64,000 bases of DNA from Lama guanicoe (Eukaryota): assembly GCA_013239625.1 (NCBI GenBank), contig MU054187.1:15826941-15890940 (forward strand), written 5' to 3'. This document shows positions 50,931-63,104 of this stretch, piece by piece. Position 1 is the first letter of the stretch. The number at the start of each line of letters is the position of its first letter. Position numbers and translations under genes: made by a program. The notes under the pieces are model-generated. The model ran no database searches. It was not told the origin of the DNA and saw only the letters and a program-made list of their open reading frames with translations.

Positions 50931-53094
50931 ATCAAAATTGTTTAATTCTCTGCCTCTCCCCACAGTCTTTGAAACCGAAACGGCAGTGTTCTATCATTTA
51001 GGAGTCCGTGTCACGTTGTATGTGCCAGGTACCTAATAAAGCACTTGTTCCATGCAAAGCTGTGGCCAGTTTTTCCTCTTCTTCTCTTTCAAAATTTATT
51101 ATTTTAAAGAGGGAGGTTTGGAGAGTACATAATTTTGGGAAAGTGTTCTTTATCTCCATTCTGAATAGACTTCCTTGGGGCTGAATGAGCTTTTTGTCTT
51201 CTCTAAATCCATAGAGCAATACGCTTTGTAGATAAAGAAGCTAGCACACTGTAGTGATTTCTGTTACACTGAACGCTGAGCTGTTAGGGATTGGAATGAT
51301 GCCAGGACACATTTCTCATTGACAATTAAACACCCATCCACTGGTAATGACGACTCCTAGTCACTTGTGACACAGAGCAGACAGAAAGGCTATGATCTAG
51401 ATGGGAAAGGTATTTGATCTCATTACTCATCCTTGGAGCCATTCACTGCCTCAGAATGTTGGATGACTGGAGCCCTCAGTGAACAGAAAGCTACAAGATA
51501 TAAAGTTGTTTATAAGAAATACACACATGCTATTGTAAAGAATAAACAAGTGCTTTCAATTTCTTTATGTTTGTGCGCTTTTGGTAAATGTTAAATATTT
51601 TTTCAGCTATTAAATTCTGTTCAAAAGTAGCAAAACCATTGCATGATATTCACACAGAAAGTCATGTCAAAAAGGAACGATTTTTAACACAGTATTTTCT
51701 TCTTAACAGCTGATTTTAAAATGTTAATATTAATTTTTAAAAATATTCAACTACAATTTCATTAGCAAAATAAGTATAATAACACGGTTTTTCAGAACAC
51801 AATCATTTGGAAATCTGTGCTGCACAGAGTAAGTTCAAATTTAGTTTTTCAAGCAAGTAAAACACAATTGATTTCAATACATTTTTAAACTCTCTTCCAG
51901 GAAAAAATAATAACATGGAGCTACCTAACTATTTTTGACCCAGAATCTATGCTTTATCAAGAATTTCTGAATCTTTGGATTTTCACTCTTCTTTTGTGAG
52001 AAATTATGGAAGTTCTCAACTATAGAAAGTAATCTGACAATCAATGAAATTTATTTGTCGCTAGTATACCATAAACTATTATTCGCAAGAGCGCCGTGTG
52101 AGGCTGTACTCTGGGTAGGATACTGTTTAGTTTATTTCTAAGTTATGAGTATTTAATACTGGAAAACAAAAAGTAATTTTAAATACCCAAAGGGTGTACA
52201 TTTCTGAAAACTCTTTTCGTAGTATTTATCTGTTAACTTCTTGAATACATACATCCATATAATGCCACTATCCCACTGTAAACAATATTCTTTATTGTGT
52301 GTTTCAGAAAGATCATAATTATAGGAATGAGAACTTTTAAAAAATACAGGTCATCAAATCTTTGGGAATTCAGTTTTACCCCCATGCCAAAATAATTACA
52401 CTTGACTTTCATTTATTTCATTTGGATTATGTCATTAGCATATTTTCTTCTATTTATTGTAGTTAAATTATTTTATTGGCAAATGAACAAAGAAAAAATA
52501 ATTTTATACAATCTATATTTAACTGGTATGAGAAGGAGAGAGATAAGGAGCTGGTATTACTCAATGTTAAAATAAATTTTGATAAAATATTAGACCTTTG
52601 TAAAAATGCTCAAAAATTCTCCAAATTATAAGAAAGATAAAAAAATGCACATTCAACAATTATTTATCAGGTACCTATCATCACTATATATTACATGCTT
52701 TTTTGTAAATCATTTTGTTTCCTTCTCAAAATTATGAGGCTAATAAAATAATGTATTTTGTAGATTAGAAGATAATATTCAGATAAGTAAGAAAACATTA
52801 ATTCAAATTAGTAACATTCTAAAATAAATTCTGGGGTCAGAAAATACATGAGATATGAAAATTAAATAATTGAAGAAATTCTCCTTTGCTTATTTAGAAA
52901 AACAGGCTAAAATATCAGGTTAAAGATAAGTTTTATTAATGTGATGCTTAAATTTACTAGACTGGAAATCAGACACCATTGGACTGGTTCTTGATTTGGA
53001 ATCTAACAATAGTTTACTTTCTCTTTGCCCAGTTTTTCTTGGAGCGCCACAAGTGGGGTTGATGGAGTTGAATTACTGCAGTAGTGTTTGCACC

Positions 53095-53295
53095 CTATGC
53101 ATAGTGATTAAAAGCTTGGCGTTAGACTAAGTTCAATGATTAGTTCTGGCACTTACTAGCTAAGTGAATTTAGGCACGCTGTTTACACACTCTGTTCCTC
53201 TATTTTATTATTTGCTAAATGAAAATATAAATATCACCTATCTTCACATCTTGTTGTGTGGGTTAGATGACATATTACTTGGCAGGCATTCATGG
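53095..53295 (+). mobile_element. MIR SINE
   Basis: 'gcatagtgattaaaagcttgg...tagttctggcacttactagctaagtgaatttaggcacg'. Confidence 0.7.
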
Positions 53296-54929
53296 CCATC
53301 TCTTAATCTTTAATTTTTTAAAAATTAATTATTATGATCAATAGTTTAGTCTTTAGCAGATAGTTCAATTACAAACATATGTGCATTTAATTGTCACAAG
53401 TTCCTTTTGCATAACTTTTGCTAGGTTCTATATCTAATTTTTGAAAGAGATTATACATTTTTTAACTGTGTTTTACTTAGCACTATAAAGAGTCTACTCA
53501 ACAACAATGCCTTAAGTAGGTTTAACTGATAAACAAGTGAATGGATGCTGATGACTTCTAATTGTCTGCCAGCATTGTTTAATGCCTTGATGTCAATCAA
53601 TTAATGCTGCAAAATTTGCAAATTTTATTGTTTTAAAATCTTTATTTAGGTATTTTCAGACATGACTATAAATAATCATTCTAAAAGCAGATTATAAAAA
53701 TGCATACTCATTTCTACTGCGAACTCCATATGAAAATTTGCAAGGCACTTCAATTGCTACAACATTAAATTTGATTTTTTTTTTTGCATTTTGAAGAGTT
53801 GCAAGAGGCAAAGGTTGTAAACATACAAAAATTAGGATTATATCATAATTTGACACATTTACCTGGCATGTCTCCGTATACTCAGAACTTACCTTTTAAA
53901 CTGCGGAAAGATGAGATTGTGAAAGGTTGTGAGAAATGTCAAACTACAGCTGAACAGCCCTTATCTCTAGATGCTTCAAGGTCAGCCATCGTTAAAGGTG
54001 CCTGATCTTGCCTACAACAGTGTGGAAATCTAAACGTGGGGTCCCACTGCCAGTCATTATTTAGGGTTCGTTGTTGCCTTTGGATCAGTCACTATAGCAA
54101 CAGAAGTTGAATTCATTAATGCCCTTGAAAAAATTACACGCTCTGGTCAGTAGGAAACCTTGTTTTTCATTTAATTTTATCTGGCTCAAATGAAGCCACA
54201 AAGTGCCTTCTGTAATTAAGTTCCTCATTATAGAAGAATACTTATATTATACTTATATAAAGATGCAGCTTTTTTTCCTATTAAAATATATTTAAAAAAT
54301 ATTTCCAAAGCAAAGTTTCAGTATGGTTGAAAGAAAGATAAGGCAGAATTTCAAGAATGAATGAATGGATAAGCTTTATATAAGAATTGTATACAACCAA
54401 AAAAAATCAACTCTGGGATAGTTTGCCTATTAAAATGCCTGAAGTTTCCATTTCCCAAATTGTATGACTATGTTTATTTTACATAGATTAACATAATTAT
54501 ATAATTTTCTCTCCACTAGCCTTTTGTTTTTTTTAAATTTGTTTTTCTATATTTTAAATTTCACCCTTTATTTGTAAATGATCATAATAATCTGAAATAT
54601 TGCTATTTATTGTTTTCACTGAGTACAATTTCACTCTTGTACAAGAGAAATCTATTCTCCCTAATAATACCAACTAAACCTTACAACAATTTATGCAAAT
54701 ATATTCAACAAATATATACACATTTATAATGATGATGATGATATTTTCAAAGTTTCTCTTTTAGTTAAAGCACTTGACTCATTTTTTTTCTCTCCCCTTT
54801 TGATTGGCAATGTCAAACAGGTCAAAAGAAGTTTTCTAACATAGAGTTGATCTCACATACTCCTCACTGTCGATTGAGCATGTTCTAGTCTGGTTAACAT
54901 CTACCTAAGTCTAGCAACTCCTTCTTGTG

Positions 54930-55580
54930 AATATCTGCATTCAAGATGCTTTATAGTAAATGCAATCCTTGCAGCACCTTGTAAGCCAGGCATGTGTTAG
55001 TCAACGTGGATATGGAAGAAGCTTCTCAGAGAAGATGGGTGATGTGCCTATGGTCACCAAACTAAGATGTAACAGATCCACAGTTTTGACCTCTGGTTTT
55101 TCCTTCTACTGTGTGACATAGCGTTTATGAAAACTGAGTCCTGTTTTCAGAGTCAGACATAGTTGTAGCCCCCTTCCTAAATGTGCGAACTTGGACAAGT
55201 TGCTCTACCTTTTTGAATCCGAATCTCTTCCTCTGTGTAAATATAACACTAACCCTGGTCTAATTCGCAGAAGTGATGATGAGCGGTAATAAGCAGAGAT
55301 GCTGCCCAGCAATTGGCACTAAAAGATGCAAAATTTCTCTATTACTATTTTATTCCTCTCTCTTCCATTTCTACTTTTTCCTTTCTATCCTACTTCTTTG
55401 GCATGAAAGTCAAACACATGTCCAAGTTCAGTTTCTGGCTCCATTTTGCTATAACCTATATGACTGGGGGACGTTGCTCTGCTATCTGAACCAGTTTTCT
55501 TATATCATAAACATAGGCTATCCAGGTAGAATATATATAATATTTAATATATAGTAGCTACTCAATAAATGTTGGTTCCC
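54930..55580. mobile_element. Cluster of MIR fragments (mixed orientation)
   Basis: 'agagtcagacatag...tgtgcgaacttggacaagttgctctacctttttgaatc', 'tatagtagctactcaataaatgttggttcc'. Confidence 0.6.
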
Positions 55581-56964
55581 TCCTTTCTTGCTTTTTTAAG
55601 TATCAAGCTCTATGCTAATGTCAGGTGCTACTATTGTTAGTAACTAAAAAGTGTCATCAAATCTACATTTAACTTGATATTCAGAGGGGCCCAAAAAAAG
55701 GGCATTTAACTACTTGTGTTCTAAATTTTCAAGTGCTGTTTGCCAACATGATGTCATAGGTTCTTGCTGATTATTCAGAAAACAGTATTTGTTTCTTTCC
55801 TAGACAGGAGGAAAACAATTTTCTTTCTCCTCATAATCCACCCTTCCAGTTGTTACAGTAGACACCAATCTCTCATACATTATTTGAACAACGGTCCTTT
55901 CCAAATACTTTTCCAGTACAGAGATTTTATCATTTTAAGATTGAGATCTTGCTCCTTTGTCTCTATTTTAATGCCTTTTATCCCACCTATGAAATCTCAA
56001 GAGCTGGTTCTTCTTGTTAAATTAGCTAATATTCCCATAGCTGCCTTGCCTGGCCCCTCCCCGAGTCCCCTTTGATCATTCCACAGTGTCCCTAAAAATC
56101 ATCACTTCATTATTTTTGTCAGCTTTCCATCAACCCTGCCATGCTTTGCTAGGCAATTTTTTTTTCTTTCCTTCCTTACCACTTCTTCCTGGCTGTGATC
56201 CAAACTCCTCTCTTCCAAATAAAAAATGGCTATTTTTCACAAGATACAGAGAAAGTGGATTAAAAGAAGTAGCGGTATATTTGTAAAGAACATAAATGTT
56301 TAAATAACATAAAATACATGACAAAAGAAAGATTCTGGGCTTGGAAATGATTCATGTGGGTAGTTAGAATTTTCTGTGGTGAATGTATTTCCCATGCTAA
56401 CGAATAGAGGTTTGATATGTGTCCGGTAAATGAAAGCTTGTCTGAGGAGACCTTGGAGAAATCATAACCTTGCTAGGAGGTAGTGCAAAATTAATTCTGC
56501 ATTTTTAGTGCTTTCAATTTCTCGCATGCGATTCCATTGTTATGTCACTCCTGTCACTTGACAACTGTGCAAGGTGGCTTATGGACGCTATCTTCCTGTG
56601 TTTCATTATTAGTTGCCTGGAATGTATTTAGCTGTTCATACTGCTGTCCGTTTTCTGGTGTTCCTGTTGCCTTTTAAGCCTTTATTTTTTCTCCTCCTTG
56701 TTCAAGATGAATTTGCAATATTTTTCTAGGTATGAATTGCAACTTGTGAGGTTGAAATACATGATATTGACATCTCTTTTTTGTCGTGTCAAATTTTTGA
56801 GGTTTTTTTCCTTAGATATATTTGCAAGCAAAATTTATGTTTGTGTCAATAGATAACTGAACCAAGATATTGCTTTAAGAAATTTTCTGCTAAATTCTCA
56901 TGAAATACTTGTTTGATTTCTCAATATATAGGAATATGTACTTCTATAAAAGAACTCCAATGTA

Positions 56965-57160
56965 TCCTGTTCATATGGAATGGTAATACAGTTTCACATA
57001 TATCATCTTCTTTGAGATTCACATAAACTCTGTGAAATAGGTAAAGCAGAATTTGTTCCTTCCATTTATAGATAAGATAAGGACTTTTAGAAGTTTGATG
57101 ATATTCTCAAGGTCAGATGGCTAGAGAAGAATTGAGAATGGAACATTTAAGCCTACTATA
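56965..57160 (-). mobile_element. MIR SINE
   Basis: 'tcacataaactctgtgaaataggtaaagc...ccatttatagataagataagg...tctcaaggtcagatggctag'. Confidence 0.7.
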
Positions 57161-57849
57161 TTTATTCATAATTCATTGCTTTTTCCACCAAAATTTAAAA
57201 CCATTGATGTAAATATGTATAAAATACGTATCCATCTTAATGGCTTATAAGTAAAAAAATCATTCATATTTTCTATCACCATTGTCATAACAGCTACAAT
57301 TTGCCAGCCACCATCCTTATTTCTCATCCTTACAGCAGTCCTATAAGCCATGTCTAATTAGTTCCAATATATAGAAAAGGACAATGGTGTCAGAAAATTT
57401 TAATAACATGTACAAAGTTATCTTTTGGGAACTAAAAGGAACTAGTCTTGCATTTCAACTTGCTGTATATCTGTCTGAGTGTGTACGATTTCTTCTGCAC
57501 TAAACAACGTAATTTATAGATAAATTCTTTAGTATCACTTTGTTTGATATTTAGGAAAACTCTTTTATGACTGTTATTCAGTTAAAAGGAACAAAAAATG
57601 AGTTGCAGTACAGCTCCAGCAGAACTTCCAGGTAATGTCCTCTGTAAATCCACTAAGACTTATTTTTGCATCAAGGAATCTGTGATAACATCAGTGACTT
57701 GGACTCAGGTACAATGATCTACTTCCAAGTGACCACTGAGGCCAGCTGCACATTGAGACAGATACAAAATGATCAGAAGAGCTCGCAAAACACGTGTATG
57801 CACACAGATATCCATGACTCAAAATCCAACTCATCTCAAAGTTATCAAC

Positions 57850-58895
57850 TCTTGTTTCTATTGTTACACAACAAATACCATACACTTAGGAGTATGAAAC
57901 AATATGAATTCATTTTCTCACAGTTTCTGTACATCAGGAAGCTAAGCATGACTATGGGTCCTCTGCTCAGGATCCCCATAGGTGCAAAGAATGTATCATT
58001 GTTTTTCTTTCTGGACCTGAGGTTATCTTACGTCGACTGCAAAATTGCACAACCTAAAATTCCTGACGACTGAAGCTGAGGATACAGCCTTACAGAGAGC
58101 TCTGAGGGACTGTTTCAAAGAGGTAAGGAGGAGAGCCAGGATATATAGGAGTTTTGCTAAAATAAAAAACAAAAACAAAAACAAAAACAATGTAGTCTGA
58201 TATCAAAAGATTACCACTAATCACAAAAACCAGACATCTCAAGTTAATGATTTTAGTGTGTTCTCCTATGTACGGGAATATGCAAGCATCTGGGATCATG
58301 GAAATCATTCCTTTGATACTCACCTTGACTATCTAGGTATCTAGGTATCCTGTTTCTCTCCATCCCGAATTCCCCTCAGGGTGTCCCATGGGGGGTGGCT
58401 GCAGTGGCTGATGGCATTATGGTCACAATACCCTTTGTTATTGAAATGGCAGGCCACATTCTTGCAAGTTCATGTGGTTGCTGGCAAAAGTAAGTTCCTT
58501 TCCATTGTAGGACTGAGGTCCCTGTTTTCCTGCTGGCTGTTAGCAGAGGATTACTCTCAGGCCCTGGAAGCCATCCACATCTCTGCCATGTGGCCCTCTC
58601 CCAGGCCCACTCACAACATGGCAACTCTCTTTTTCAGGCCCAGCAGGAGGATTCTTCCTCTGGTCTGCTGAGACAGAGTTCTACATAATGTATCACAATC
58701 ACAAAGTGACAATCCCCAAACTTTGCTATATAACATAACCATATATTATAAGCTAATCAAGACAGTAGCTATAGTACCACATTTGCCATATTCTCCTGCC
58801 TACAAGTGAGTCACAATTCTACCCAAACTCAAGGAGAGGAGATTATAAAAGGACATGACTCAATGGGTGTCAATCATCTTATATTTTGTCTAACA
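57850..58895 (-). mobile_element. MaLR LTR (MLT1E/F-like) split by a younger LTR
   Basis: 57850-58030 ('ttctcacagtttctgtacatcaggaag...ggtcctctgctcagg') continues collinearly at 58464 ('caagttcatgtggttgctggca...gtaggactgaggtccctgttttcctgctggctgt'). Confidence 0.8.
58031..58463 (-). mobile_element. ERV1 solo LTR, cetartiodactyl MER41-like
   Basis: 'gtcgactgcaaaattgcacaacctaaaa...agctctgagggactgtttcaaagaggtaagg...agccaggatatataggagtttt...catctcaagttaatga...ggtggctgcagtggctgatggc'; internal (AAAAAC)n; family name from recalled consensus. Confidence 0.75.
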
Positions 58896-61344
58896 TGTCA
58901 ACTCACAAAGCAGAATTTCCTAAGAGGAGCAAACATCCCCTCTCCTTCCATTTAAGCTGTAGGGAAAATGACTTGTCAGTAGAGAATCTGACACATAGGA
59001 GTTCCTTGAGGAGAATCAAGGTTTTCCCTTGTCCAGTCCATCAATGGTAAATAGTTGATGTGCTTTCACTTCACGTTTCACTATTCTGTGTTCCAGATTT
59101 TATCTTGCCATTATCTTTTGCTGTTTTTCCTCTACGTGCAACCCAATGCATGTCTGATGATGTGAATACATTGAAAAAGTAATAATTAGTTCCAAGTAAG
59201 TTGCACACATTTTTTCAGTAGAGCACACATTCATCAACTGTAAAGAATTTAAAATCATGTTTACCAATAAATTAAAAAAATTGTATGTATGAAATAAGAG
59301 TGCTGGTAGGTTTTAAAATATTCTTAGAGATTACCTTATGTTTTTTTTTTTATTTCCTGCAAAATATCTTTCACTTTAGCCAAGACTATAATATGATAAC
59401 TTCTCACAATAATAGCATTTCTGAGAAAAGTTTCCCAACTAGTGGGTATATTTGACTGTAAGGGTTTTCACTCCCTGAGAGTTCAAGAGTCAAAGATTTA
59501 CTAACAGTGGGTAAATATGTCATGATGGGAGCCTTATGTAGCTCAATACCCTCTATTGGTTGAGGGTATGAGTGACTGTAATACTGATGATAATTTATTG
59601 CATGACAGCAAGATTTTCCTATTGTAGCACTTAAATTAATCATGTAACAGGGAGGGTCTTTTCTGTTCTTACTCATTCAAAGACATTTGTTCAAGTTGTA
59701 TCCTTCCTTTCTCGTGTCAGAGAAAACATTAGGCATGATTAGCTTCAGGTATCTGTGCCTCATGATATCCAAGCAAAGTCCTTTTTATATTTCATCTTAT
59801 AATTGTATTTGCAAGTTAATGTTTGAAGTGTCAGTCTTTGTAAAACTAGCTCATCTTGTTATGATTTAGAGCTTTGATGTGAGTGAAAGGCTTCAATTGC
59901 AATGCAGAGTCACATCTGAGAGTAAACTGCATAGACAAAGAGACTTACAAGACCAGTAAATCAAATACTGTGAGCTGTCTATGTGGATTATGAGAGTATT
60001 TGCATAACTTTGAAGTATTTATACTGATGAAATTACAATAATTAAAATCATTGCTGTGTCAATTGCTAGATGCCACGAGGCATAGCAATTACTAGCATGC
60101 AAATCAGACTTTGTGTAAGCATTTTAAAGAATAATTACCTTATTTGATTCAGATGTGCCTGAAAGGCATTAAGAATCATTTGAGCTATTTTGCCTTCAAC
60201 AATTTTAAGGCTCATAGATAATGTTGTTGTTATTATCAATTATTTACTTTTGTATATCACTTTTCTTTATTTTGGTTGAAACTAAATACCACAGATAAAA
60301 TGAAAACACACAACTTTGCTGTAACTAGCAACAATTTACAATATCAGTTAAATCTGCATCTCTCTTCAGCAAACATTTTTCTTTCTAATGGGCTTGACTC
60401 TGCTATGTCATCAGTTTTGTGTTAAATAGCTGATGTATACTCGATGTCTACATTCACACAATTTAAGGTCAGGGTTGTGAATCGCAGGAAAATGTGAGTA
60501 AGAAACTCAGACATAAAAGGTTGCAAAACATTCTCTCAAATATATTTGTCATGGGGTATATGTATAAGTGGTCACTCAGCCAGCTGAGAACTTTAGTCTT
60601 CAAGGTGCAAATGTTTTACTTTATAAGTTTAACACCAAACTTTAAGTAATGTATTGAAATAAAAACCGACATCATATTGGAATATGTGATTATTTAGAAA
60701 TTATGAAGAAATTCCTCCAGGACTTTAAATAAAGTGAGGTTTATTCATGTGATTTTTTTTTTTAACAGAATGCCAAGTCCTAATCCATTTTGATCTATGG
60801 GATAAGTAATTTAAATATAAGGAATTTTTTAAAAACATGTATCATGCAGAATATCTGAGTTGTTAATCAGTGAATCAAGGCAGTAATTTTTAGGACTATT
60901 GCCCAAACTTGCTTTTTTCCTTGGCTTCCTAAATTTCCTCATGTGTCTTAGTAAACAGTTACTCTAAATAGGTAGAGTTTATGTTTTACTATCATTGAAA
61001 ATTCAAGATGTTCTTAAGACCAAAACTTTGCTATTTTAACATCCGTTACTTTGTTTTGTTGTTTGAAATCTCCTGAAAATATACCAGATTTAGTCACCCT
61101 AAAATTCATCTCTCTTTTTCAGATGACTATGGAAATGGTGTCTACTTCTTTTTTCACAAAAGGTGTAACTATCTGAAAACTAAACCGCACATCCAGTATT
61201 TTGAAAATAAATTTTGGATTATTTCAGTTAGATTACTAACTTTATTTGGAAAATGTCTTTTGTGAAAAAAAAATACACAGATATCCATAGATGCTAAATG
61301 TGTGAGGTTTCTGCCTCTCTTTTCTACACCTAGTTGTATCTGTA

Positions 61345-61492
61345 CAGCTGATATGCCCGCCCATGAAATACAAAGTGTGACAGACAGACATGTGCGCTCC
61401 TTGTCAATAATAAGTTCCTAGAGTAAAGGTCTTAAAATTACATCAGGCATAATTTAGGCACTCATTAAATACTTGTTGATGGGTTGAATAAA
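61345..61492 (+). mobile_element. LINE-2 3' terminus
   Basis: 'aggcataatttaggcactcattaaatacttgttgatgggttgaataaa'. Confidence 0.6.
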
Positions 61493-62559
61493 GACATCCG
61501 TGTAAGAAGAATCCACATGTACAAGAAAACACATTTGTCATAACAATTTAGAAAAGTTTTGCACGCAGCAAGCAATTTCAGTTAGCATACTTTGCAAGAG
61601 AAAAAGAGAACCTGGATTTCATCATGCCAATTCTCGATGCCATTAGCAGTGGAATTTGGATGCTATTATAATCTTTAACAACAAAAAAGTATTGAAATAT
61701 GGTAAACAGTATTGAGGCACAGAAGTTCTTATAAAAGATAAAGCTTGTGACAAATTCTAGTGTCTTCAACCACCAGAAACTAAAAAGATTTATTGATTCT
61801 TTATGTTAATATATTTTGAATACGATCTTTGCTCAGGCCTCTCTTTCCTGTTGAGTGACTGTGAGTAAACTATTTGAGTCTCTTTCCATGTATTTCAAAC
61901 TGTATTTTTATTATTTTATATAAAGCTTTCAATAGATGTGTTCCTTCCAATTCTTTTCTATCTTATAGAGACACATAGGAAAAAATGTTCCACTGATGAC
62001 TCTTAATTACATTGGTTACAGCAACATTTTATGTGACTTAGTTACAGGGCCTCTTACAGCCCATAGTAAAGTAAAAAAATGTTCCTTTGTTCCCTGTGGC
62101 AAAATGAATTGATCATTATTATATACACTCTGGGCAGAAAGTTGGGCAACATGAATACTTTTAGCATTACAATGTATTTGAATAATAGTGTCATTACTGT
62201 CAGTTCTCTCTTTAATAAAAGATGTATGTGCTTAACCATAGTGGATCATAGCTCTCTATAACACATAGAGCCAAGATTTATAAAACAATCTAAATTCTTT
62301 TAAAGTAATCTTCCAAAGCCTCTGCAGAGACCCTGGCCAAAAATTAGCACTGATCAAATTATGTATCAGTTTTGTCTTGAAATGGTAAGAAAAAGAAGTG
62401 GCATAGGAACCCACCTATATGTGGGTGATTTTATATCATTATTTACATAGTTCGCATTCAAGACATTAGGATGACATGCTTTTATGCATGTCAATATTCT
62501 TAATGTTTACAGAGTAGCATAGTGCTACAAATATAATACAGCCCAGACCTAGGATGGCC

Positions 62560-62735
62560 CAGAGCAGTGAGTCAAAGCTCATCACAACAGTCCCTGAAGA
62601 ACATTTTAAACATAGAGTCTCATCCTCTTCTCCAGATCTGCAGCATTAGAATCTCAGGGAAGTCAGCCTTGGGACTCTGCATTACGAAGTTTTCCAGAGA
62701 TGTTTATGCATAGTCAGGTTTGACGATCACTGTCA
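62560..62735. mobile_element. MER5-like DNA transposon relic
   Basis: 'ccagatctgcagcattagaatctcagggaagtcagccttgggactctgcatt...atgcatagtcaggtttgacgatcactg'. Confidence 0.65.
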
Positions 62736-63046
62736 GGTTTCAGTGTGCACACAGAAGCCCTAGAGGGTCTCAGTATGCCCTAGAGACCACAAAGCAAGTA
62801 AGAGATGGAGGCTTAAAGCTTGGTTAATCATGTATTTTTCCCTCTCTCTGTAAATCAAGTGAAGTTTTACCTGTTTTCTATATAGCTTCAGTGCAAGTTT
62901 CACTGTGCACAAAGATATGCAATATATTCACGAAATTTATGTAATACTGGCACTGCAATCCATAGACGAAAGAGACCAGAAATTATACAGTGTATATATT
63001 AGAATATGGCAAAGACAACATTTCACATTAATAAGGAGAAAATAGC

Positions 63047-63100
63047 ATATATATATATATACACACACACATACACACACGGGGACAGAGAGAGACAGAG
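63047..63100. repeat. Compound (AT)n(AC)n(GA)n microsatellite
   Basis: Read directly. Confidence 0.9.
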
Positions 63101-63104
63101 AATT

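Noticed and set aside
56535..56549. OCT4-SOX2 composite motif (CATTGTTATGTCACT)
   Set aside because: The octamer half deviates at three of eight positions
57666..58073. Longest ORF (135 aa)
   Set aside because: TTG start; runs across unique DNA, a MaLR LTR and an ERV1 LTR; no homology
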